From an uncultured Verrucomicrobiota bacterium (GTDB lineage: Bacteria > Verrucomicrobiota > Kiritimatiellia > CAIQIC01 > Lenti-01), in assembly GCA_964402575.1 (NCBI GenBank), contig CAYODC010000005.1, positions 1-28,023 on the forward strand: a stretch of DNA of 28,023 bases. The letters run 5' to 3'. Under the pieces are notes generated by a model, which saw nothing but the letters and a program-made list of their open reading frames with translations, was not told where the DNA came from and searched no databases. Made by a program: the position numbers and the translations under genes. Positions 1-6,786 of the stretch are shown piece after piece; within the stretch, counting starts at the first letter, position 1; each line of letters opens with the position of its first letter.

Positions 1-7
1 CGGAGAT

Positions 8-40
8 ATAGTCAACTCTATTGCAATAGGATATGACTAT
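8..40. repeat. Nested inverted repeat: perfect 12-bp palindrome CTATTGCAATAG (18-29) flanked by ATAGTCA (8-14) / TGACTAT (34-40)
   Basis: Read directly from the sequence; about 70 bp downstream of the integrase stop. Function unknown. Confidence 0.7.
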
Positions 41-111
41 TTCAGCGGCGACTGCCGTATGGGCTCCTGATACAGCGATGCCCAAGAGAACTCCCCCGCC
101 GACTCAATGAA

Positions 112-1170
112 TCAGACGTACTTTTCCATGATCGAGGCGGCTTTGATATGAGCCTCTGAATTGTTGGCGATGTACCGAGCCGTTGTCTGGAGATTCGTGT
201 GGCCCATGAGTTGGGCGATGACAGCCTGATTGGTTTCGTTGGCCCCTTGCATGGTTCCGTAGAAATGTCTCCAAGCATACGGCGGACGGACGGGAATCTT
301 TGCCCTCTTGCAGGCTCTGGCCAAACGAATACGAAGGGCGTTCCTTGTATACGGGTTGTTGCCACCGTTCAAGAAAACAAAAATGGATTTGGGATGCTTC
401 TGGGATTGGCGTCGGAAAATCTCAATGGCCATAGGCCCCAAGGTGACGGAACGAGGCGTCGGGGTCTTTGCCGATTCGGAGGTCTTGTGATGCTCAATCC
501 TTACGGTCATCGCAGACCCGTTGATCTCCACATCGGCCTTCCGCAATGTCCGCAGTTCGATGGGACGAAGCCCAGTCAGGATGGAGAACCGAATCAGGTC
601 TGCGAAATCCGGCTTTGCCGCCTTGAGCAACAGGGGTATCTCATCGGCCGTGAATTTCTTGGTCATCGGTGGCTTTTGGCTGGCAACAGGAAACTTCCTG
701 ACCGGGCAATCGCAAACCCCAAACTCTTCACCCCAGCGGAACATGGTCTTGATTTCCCGAAGGGCATGAAAACCGGCATTCACTCCCCGTCCATGGTGCT
801 TGCGAGAATGGGTGTAGTAGGCGTCTAGGTCGATGAAGGTGATTTCCATAACCATTTTGTTGCCGATATAGTCCAAGAAGTGGCAGATGAAACGCTGGCG
901 CGACAGGAACGTCTCTTCCGCCCTGTTCGCCTTGACCCAGGCCAAATGCTTAACGGCCAACTCCTTGACGTGGACATCCTTCTTCCCATCAACGGCCACC
1001 ATTGTGGACTCAACGCCCCCAATCTGAAGTTTGTCACTCTTCAGGTTTTCTTCCAGTTCCCGCAGTTTCTCCCCAGCCTTCCGCTTGTTCGGGCCAAGAT
1101 TGAACCTCTTGCCCTGAATGAAGGAATAGTAGTTCCCATTCGGATGCCAAGTTGGAGACCGTTTTCTCAT
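112..1170 (-). CDS. int: Tyrosine recombinase / integrase (352 aa)
   Basis: Catalytic set GLRPIEL (R), HHKT (K), YAWRH (HxxR box with Tyr for the first His), LMGH, TARY (Y). Short N-terminal arm-like region plus a core-binding region. ATGA overlap with the upstream HTH gene. Confidence 0.95.
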   Translation of the reverse strand: MRKRSPTWHPNGNYYSFIQGKRFNLGPNKRKAGEKLRELEENLKSDKLQIGGVESTMVAVDGKKDVHVKELAVKHLAWVKANRAEETFLSRQRFICHFLDYIGNKMVMEITFIDLDAYYTHSRKHHGRGVNAGFHALREIKTMFRWGEEFGVCDCPVRKFPVASQKPPMTKKFTADEIPLLLKAAKPDFADLIRFSILTGLRPIELRTLRKADVEINGSAMTVRIEHHKTSESAKTPTPRSVTLGPMAIEIFRRQSQKHPKSIFVFLNGGNNPYTRNALRIRLARACKRAKIPVRPPYAWRHFYGTMQGANETNQAVIAQLMGHTNLQTTARYIANNSEAHIKAASIMEKYV

Positions 1171-1514
1171 GCCAACTTCCTCTTCGGGGCTATGAGGTCG
1201 GACTCGGCATATTCCTTGGGAAGGCGGGAAACAGGCTTGTTCGCCCTCTCAAGGGACTGGACGATGCCGTAGTGGCCACAGAGGTAGTTCTCCAAGTCCC
1301 GCTCCAGAACCAACATCTTGGAGCAGGTTCGGATGACCGGAACCTTTCCTTTGAGAATCTCCGCACGCATCTGACTCTCCGAAATCCCCGCCGTCTTGGC
1401 TGCCTGCCTGACCGTCAGCTTGGTCGCCTCCACCAGACCCAGGGACACCCCAGTTGAAACCGGGTGTGGGACCGATTCAACCGGGGAATTGCTGGGCTGG
1501 AGGGGACGAGGCAT
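1167..1514 (-). CDS. Excisionase-like HTH DNA-binding protein (HTH_17/Xis-like, 115 aa)
   Basis: LTVRQAAKTAGISESQMRAEILKGKVPVIR followed by a wing-like segment (MLVLERDLENYL). Its stop overlaps the integrase ATG (1167-1170). Confidence 0.8.
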   Translation of the reverse strand: MPRPLQPSNSPVESVPHPVSTGVSLGLVEATKLTVRQAAKTAGISESQMRAEILKGKVPVIRTCSKMLVLERDLENYLCGHYGIVQSLERANKPVSRLPKEYAESDLIAPKRKLA

Positions 1515-1524
1515 GGGAAATATT

Positions 1525-2103
1525 CTATTGGGCGTTCTTCTTTGCCAGGAAACCTGCCTTTACTTCGGCCTCAATCCTCTTGCGGAGGGTCGCGTCTCCT
1601 TTCAAGACAGAGCCAAGCAAAGAGTCATAACCTGGGGTTAAGACACCGTTCGAGATTTTGCCGTTCGCCATCAGAGGCAGGTTCTTGCATCCTTCCCCAT
1701 AAACCACGGCACCTTTCGGACTCAAAACGGAGCCAAGCTCGTAAAGGGCATCCCACTCGGCGTCATCCTTAACCCCATATTCCTGCATTCCCAAGGCCTT
1801 GCTCTCGGCGGAAATGCTCTTCCCGATGTCGAAGATGAAAAAGGCACCGGCAACCCTCTCGTAGATGTACTTTGCGGTGGCCCCGTCAAAATTCAGGAAT
1901 CCAATCCCATAGGTCTCGAAGTCGGGAATGGCATCTCCGCTGACAATGGAACAGTTCCCGATCTTGCTGAAGTCCAAGTTCGACAGCAGGTGGCGATAGG
2001 CCTTTTTGCCATACCAACCTTCCTGGAGGTTGGCGATGGAGAACATCGCCACAACGGCATGGTTGTCCTTGGGGGTATTTTCGATCCGGTTGTTATTGTT
2101 CAT
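1525..2103 (-). CDS. Hypothetical protein (192 aa from ATG 2103; the frame is open to 2226, with another ATG at 2163)
   Basis: Globular-looking ORF packed between the MTase and xis. AAGGA SD-like motif upstream of ATG 2103. Confidence 0.7.
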   Translation of the reverse strand: MNNNNRIENTPKDNHAVVAMFSIANLQEGWYGKKAYRHLLSNLDFSKIGNCSIVSGDAIPDFETYGIGFLNFDGATAKYIYERVAGAFFIFDIGKSISAESKALGMQEYGVKDDAEWDALYELGSVLSPKGAVVYGEGCKNLPLMANGKISNGVLTPGYDSLLGSVLKGDATLRKRIEAEVKAGFLAKKNAQ

Positions 2104-2165
2104 TTTCTTTTTCCTTCTGCTTTTCGGCCCTTCCGAGTTGTCGGAGGTTTTGTTTGTTTTCATGG

Positions 2166-2990
2166 CTAGGCACACGCTTCGCCACAATCTTTCCGGTAAT
2201 TCCTGACGATGATTTCCTTCGACCACCTCTTCGCCCCAAGTCCCCTGGGAACTTCAACGACCTCGATTGAAAATGCCTGGAACAACTCCCTGATCCAGGG
2301 GTCATCGGAACTGGTGAGAAGGAACTTCGCGCCACGACGGTCGAGTTCCCTGCAACCTTTCTCCAGGCGGATATGGTCAGCCTTGCTGAAGGAAATGCCC
2401 CCATATCCCATGGTGTTGATGTAGGGACTGTCGATGAGCACGAAGTCGCCCTTCCTCGCCCTTGCGAACATGACTGCAAAGTCTTCGGTGAAATACTTCG
2501 TATTGCGTTGCGCGATTGCGTGGGCATAGATTGCAGCTGGCTGGCAGGAGACCGAACGCCGAGCACTGATGTTGGTGTGCTCACCATTCTTCTTTTCCTT
2601 GAGACAGGCCTTGTATGACCCGTTCATCAAATATATGAACGATGCGGCCGCTTGAGGCTTGCTGTCCCATTGGTCTTTGTCCCTGACCTGAATGAAATAC
2701 TCAGGGGAATGGAGGGATTGGTGAACCTTCAGATTACGTATCGCTTCCCCTGGATTTTCTTTTATGCCAGCGTGGGTTATCATCACCTTCGGATGGATGT
2801 CCGAAACCAGCGCAGGGAGTTCCACCCCAAGATTCCTTATGATACGCAGGAAATCCCCACGTCCGAAAAATGGGATGAGAATCCTCTTCATCCCTTTGGG
2901 CAGATATTGAGCGATGATTGACGCAAAGGATTTCTTGCATCCTGCCCAATGGAACGCAACCGTCCGGTTGAACCCCGTGATTAAGCGCAT
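2166..2990 (-). CDS. Dam/D12-class N6-adenine DNA methyltransferase with variant motifs (274 aa)
   Basis: WAGCKK (cf. WAGGK), IPFFGRG (cf. EPFxGGG), AAASFIYLM (cf. AARFIYLN), DFVLIDSPY (cf. DPPY), FLLTSSD, C-terminal KEIIVRNY. Overlaps the upstream C5 MTase by 10 bp. Confidence 0.85.
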   Translation of the reverse strand: MRLITGFNRTVAFHWAGCKKSFASIIAQYLPKGMKRILIPFFGRGDFLRIIRNLGVELPALVSDIHPKVMITHAGIKENPGEAIRNLKVHQSLHSPEYFIQVRDKDQWDSKPQAAASFIYLMNGSYKACLKEKKNGEHTNISARRSVSCQPAAIYAHAIAQRNTKYFTEDFAVMFARARKGDFVLIDSPYINTMGYGGISFSKADHIRLEKGCRELDRRGAKFLLTSSDDPWIRELFQAFSIEVVEVPRGLGAKRWSKEIIVRNYRKDCGEACA

Positions 2991-3967
2991 TTCGTCGCCT
3001 CCCCCTTGGAAATGACTTTGATCGTCATTTTGAAAACCTCATGCAAAACGGCGGGGACTAACGACGACCCAATCAGGCGAGCTGCAATTCCAAATGGCAT
3101 TGGAATCACGAAGTGATCTCCGTACGACATCGCCCGAAGCATCTCCCGGATGGAGAGCTTCCTCACAATCCCAGAACCCGTCATATAGAGGTTCGAGGTG
3201 CTGGACAGGCCGGAGTTGGCTCGCACAAAAGTGGAGGCTGGCCCCAGGTCTGAGTAGACCATTTTGTCGCGATACTTAATTCCGTAATACCCAACAAGGC
3301 GGGGCGAATATGGCCCAGGGCGTTTCTGGGAGCATGGGATCATGTCCTTCCGCTTGCAGACCAGATGGCGAACCTCTTCCTCGGGTTGTAGTACGGTGCT
3401 CAATGGCACCATCGACAAGGATGGATCAGGCCATTTCAGGTCGTCGGGGCTGTAGTCCTTGCGGAGCATCACACCGAAGAACCGCTTCCGCTGGGTGGGA
3501 ACTCCGAACTTTGCAGAGTTCAGTTTCCGCCACGCTCGCTTGTCGATCAGGCTATGGTATCCGTGGCGCTCGAAGGCCGAAGAGACCAACGCCAATGCTC
3601 TGGAATTCTCCCACTCAGGCCATTCACATACGTTCTCAAATATTATGGCCCTGGGCTTATGGTAGGCGATGATGGGTTCCAGGCCGAAGACCGCCCTGCT
3701 TGCCGGATGCTGGAGACCGGTCATTTTGCCCATTTTGGAATATGGCGAACAGTCCGGCGAGGCAAACAGGAGATCGAAGGGCTCGATCTTAACCGGATCG
3801 ACCTCCCATATGTTGCCGGATGGATAATGTCCATGGTTGGCCCAGTAAACCGCGGCTGCGCTTTTCCCCCATTCGCAACCTCCTACGGAGCGTATGGGAA
3901 GACCACGTGCAGCCTCGACGGCCCCGCCGATTCCAGAAAACACGTCAAACATCTTTATAGGCTTCAT
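2981..3967 (-). CDS. C5-cytosine DNA methyltransferase (328 aa)
   Basis: Motif I FSGIGG, motif IV ASPDC (SPDC form seen in phage-type C5 MTases), motif VI FENV, motif VIII PTQRKRFF, motif IX LSIREMLRAM, motif X LIGSSLVP. TAATG overlap with the upstream gene. Confidence 0.93.
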   Translation of the reverse strand: MKPIKMFDVFSGIGGAVEAARGLPIRSVGGCEWGKSAAAVYWANHGHYPSGNIWEVDPVKIEPFDLLFASPDCSPYSKMGKMTGLQHPASRAVFGLEPIIAYHKPRAIIFENVCEWPEWENSRALALVSSAFERHGYHSLIDKRAWRKLNSAKFGVPTQRKRFFGVMLRKDYSPDDLKWPDPSLSMVPLSTVLQPEEEVRHLVCKRKDMIPCSQKRPGPYSPRLVGYYGIKYRDKMVYSDLGPASTFVRANSGLSSTSNLYMTGSGIVRKLSIREMLRAMSYGDHFVIPMPFGIAARLIGSSLVPAVLHEVFKMTIKVISKGEATKCA

Positions 3968-4779
3968 TATTCAGCCCTCCGCAGGAGCTCTTGAATCTTC
4001 TCCTCAAGTTTCCGCAAGGACTCGGCGGTCTCGTTATCAAGCTTGGCCTTCTGGTCGGACATCACTTGGACGATGGGGGCGAGCTTGGCCAGCGTCATCC
4101 CGATGATCTGTCCCAGCGACTTCTTCCAGTCCGCAGGCTCTTGGTCGACCGCCCTCTCATTGCCAGTCTCTTCGCATCCTTCGCTCGCGCCCTTGGCCTT
4201 CTTATTGGGGGGCATGATCTGATCGACGATGGCGATCAATTCCCGCACCGAGAGGTCGTCATTCACAACCAGGTTGAGGGTTTCAAAAATCGATTCAACC
4301 GACTTCAGTCGGGCGGCTTCGACATAGTAGGTGATGCCGAGGAGCGCGGGTTCATATTTGGCTGCACGAATTGAATCCACCGTGTCGGCGAAGAGAACAT
4401 ACCTACGCATTTGCTTTTCACCCATTTGGCAATCGGCATGCCCGCAGAGGATATCGTAAGGACTCCCGTTGTTCGGACGGCGTTTGAGGTGCTTGTATTT
4501 CGTTCCCTCAATGAGAGAAATCATCCTCCGTATGTCCGCCCCCTGCTCGTAAGACGTCTCAAAGGAGTTCTTCTGCCGCTTGTTGCTCCGTTGGCAGAAC
4601 TGGGCGATTTCCTTGTCGAGGGCGGGGCTTCCGAGGTATGGCCCTTGGGTTTTTCCTGCGGACTTTAATGTCCCCGCGACTGCTGTCTTGGCTTTTGCCG
4701 ACTTGTTCTTTTCCTTCTCGTTTCCCTTTGCGTTCATCTTGACCGTCTCCATGCCTGCCGTCTTCATCTCGACTCGCAT
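3967..4779 (-). CDS. Hypothetical protein (up to 270 aa; a GGAG SD suggests a start at 4737), helical, possibly DNA-binding
   Basis: Long ORF heading the MTase-xis-int operon. Stop overlaps the C5 MTase start. Lys-rich N-terminus and coiled-coil-like C-terminus. Confidence 0.75.
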   Translation of the reverse strand: MRVEMKTAGMETVKMNAKGNEKEKNKSAKAKTAVAGTLKSAGKTQGPYLGSPALDKEIAQFCQRSNKRQKNSFETSYEQGADIRRMISLIEGTKYKHLKRRPNNGSPYDILCGHADCQMGEKQMRRYVLFADTVDSIRAAKYEPALLGITYYVEAARLKSVESIFETLNLVVNDDLSVRELIAIVDQIMPPNKKAKGASEGCEETGNERAVDQEPADWKKSLGQIIGMTLAKLAPIVQVMSDQKAKLDNETAESLRKLEEKIQELLRRAE

Positions 4780-5137
4780 GGTTCGGAGCAGGTCTCGCCG
4801 TCACCGTGCATCCATGTGAACTGCACATGGAATGTCTTGATGGCGTCGGTTGTAGGCGTGCGAAGAACGACGGGCACTTCATGGCCCGCCGTGGTCAGAA
4901 TAGGGGTCCACCTAAACCCCAGACGGGGAATGTCGGCATTGATTTCACCCTGTATTTGCAGGGGTTATGGCGGTCGAGAATCAGGCGTACTGCATTTTAA
5001 GAATCAAATGCCCGCCGAATATAGTTGTCGAAAAAGTGATAGACCCCGTGTTGGCGGTGGTTTTTAAGATACAAAAGGGAGCAGTTGGGCGTTTTAAGGG
5101 CTAGATGCCTTCCGAATACTTTTGCAATGTGGACAAT

Positions 5138-5162
5138 AAAAAAGACGCCCGAAGGCGTCTTT
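5138..5162 (-). terminator. Intrinsic terminator for the 5189-6160 gene
   Basis: Perfect stem AAAGACGCC (5141-5149) / GGCGTCTTT (5154-5162), 4-nt loop (TTCG on minus), six-T tract on minus; 26 bp after the stop codon. Confidence 0.85.
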
Positions 5163-5188
5163 GACAGCATGCCGAGATTCGCAAACGG

Positions 5189-6160
5189 TCAGATTATGTT
5201 GCGATATCCTTCAACATAGGGCTTCGCTTCCGCCAATCGATCGCTGACCGCTTTGCTTATTTTTCCCCAGTTCTTCGTAATGAACTCGCGGGACAAAGAG
5301 GTGTTATTTATAAGGCTGTAGCAATCTTCAGTTCCCTTGTCCCGCCTGCCAGAAACCCAGGGCTTTCTTAAATCATATACCTGAAGGTGCTGATCCAGCT
5401 TGCTGATTCTAAGCCTTGTAATCTCATGCGCGTCCGGCTCTGTACTGCTCTTCTCATCAGTCGATTCGGCATCGGACGGGACTGTCTTTTGCTTTTTAGT
5501 CTTTAGCTCTTGCCCTGAGCCCAACAACATATCATCACGATGCCGTAATACTTCGTCGTCCATTGACATCAAGCCGATATACGAATCGAAGGCGGTCTTA
5601 GGAGCCGAATAGTCCATAATCATCGGCGCATCCATCTTCTCAAGCATCAAGTCATCCACCACGATCTCTTTGTTGTCGCCGACAATTCCCAAGGGCATAA
5701 CCGGGAACATTACGGGATGGCCAATCTTCAGAACAGCCAAGGCATAGGCCTCAAACTTCAACAGGGACTTGAATGCCTCCTGACACTTGATGAAATTGTC
5801 GTGGGACTCCGCAAAATACTTGCGAGGGAAAAACGGCTCCGCCTCTCCCCATGTCCAGATCAACGGAACTATTCCGAATTCTTCAAGATAGTTTCCCAAG
5901 GCTTGACGCCTAGCCCCCTTGGTTCTGCGCTCACTCTTCTCTACATGGGCGATTATTTCATCAGTTAAGAAACTGCCTGACTGGACGAACGACTTAAACC
6001 GCACTTCGGGCATACCCAGTTTCTTGGCAATTGCCGGGCCAGAGTCATAGACCCTCTTGTTACGGCGGGCGAATTCGTGACGGTAATACAGGGCGCGGAA
6101 CACCTGCTCGAAGTATTTGACTGCACTTGCCTTCTCGACTTTTGTGGGCTGTCTGCTCAT
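5189..6160 (-). CDS. Hypothetical protein (323 aa), remote resemblance to DUF6499/DUF2285 (FseA-like) activators
   Basis: Long ORF with its own terminator. N-terminal HEFARRN and C-terminal LQVYDLR...RLAEAKPYVEGYRNII. The gene is well supported; the product call is weak. Confidence 0.7.
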   Translation of the reverse strand: MSRQPTKVEKASAVKYFEQVFRALYYRHEFARRNKRVYDSGPAIAKKLGMPEVRFKSFVQSGSFLTDEIIAHVEKSERRTKGARRQALGNYLEEFGIVPLIWTWGEAEPFFPRKYFAESHDNFIKCQEAFKSLLKFEAYALAVLKIGHPVMFPVMPLGIVGDNKEIVVDDLMLEKMDAPMIMDYSAPKTAFDSYIGLMSMDDEVLRHRDDMLLGSGQELKTKKQKTVPSDAESTDEKSSTEPDAHEITRLRISKLDQHLQVYDLRKPWVSGRRDKGTEDCYSLINNTSLSREFITKNWGKISKAVSDRLAEAKPYVEGYRNII

Positions 6161-6216
6161 AGTGCTTTCACTTTATCGACTGAAATGCCCCCTGGCAACA
6201 TTGAAGCGGATACAAC

Positions 6217-6717
6217 ATGACAAAGAACAAGAAAGCTGATTCGGAACGCCCTGTGAAAATTGGCGGTGCGGCCAGAGATCTTGTTGAAAAGCTGAAGAAG
6301 AATGGCGGTTGGGGAAAGTACGATCAGCAGGCGGGGTTCAAGGGCGGGAAGGTATTTCTGCCTGGAATTCAGCTAAGCGTTCGGCTTCAGGATCTCAAAG
6401 AGCTTACCCGACCCGAGAACCCGACCCCCTACATGGTCGAGGTTGTCCGCATCGGCCAAGCCAGTTATCTGCATCTTGTGAAGAAACCTCCTCGGGAAAT
6501 TCTGGATGCCATGGCCACAACGAACTATACGGCATCGAACGACATCAGAACTTTTACGGAAACCCTGGCGAAGGCTTCCCCCTCCACGCCGGTCGCCAAG
6601 AAGCCTCCCGCCAAGAAGGCCAATAAAGCCCCCGCCAAAAAACCAATTACAGAGGATCAGGTAGTAGACCAATTGGCCGAGTTATATGTAGCCCGCTCCA
6701 GATCTGATAATCACTAG
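6217..6717 (+). CDS. Hypothetical protein (166 aa) with a Lys/Ala/Pro-rich linker
   Basis: Only plus-strand gene in the left arm. Fills the gap between the 323-aa gene and the primase; divergent from 6160 with a 56-bp spacer. Confidence 0.65.
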   Translation: MTKNKKADSERPVKIGGAARDLVEKLKKNGGWGKYDQQAGFKGGKVFLPGIQLSVRLQDLKELTRPENPTPYMVEVVRIGQASYLHLVKKPPREILDAMATTNYTASNDIRTFTETLAKASPSTPVAKKPPAKKANKAPAKKPITEDQVVDQLAELYVARSRSDNH

Positions 6718-6786
6718 AGCTACTGACTTTCGCTCTCAAGGTTGCGTCCGAATCTATGTGCTCTAGGCGGTCGGGATCGGGTAGCC

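Noticed and set aside
199-828. 209-aa plus-strand ORF
   Set aside because: Entirely antisense to the integrase and has no recognisable motifs; shadow ORF.
4780-5137. Short plus-strand ORFs (4806-5000, 4816-5067) and small hairpins
   Set aside because: No SD or motifs; better explained as the promoter region of the leftward MTase-xis-int operon, with no specific element I can call.
6714-6766. 7-bp inverted repeat CTAGAGC/GCTCTAG between convergent genes
   Set aside because: Too short and too widely spaced to be distinguished from chance.
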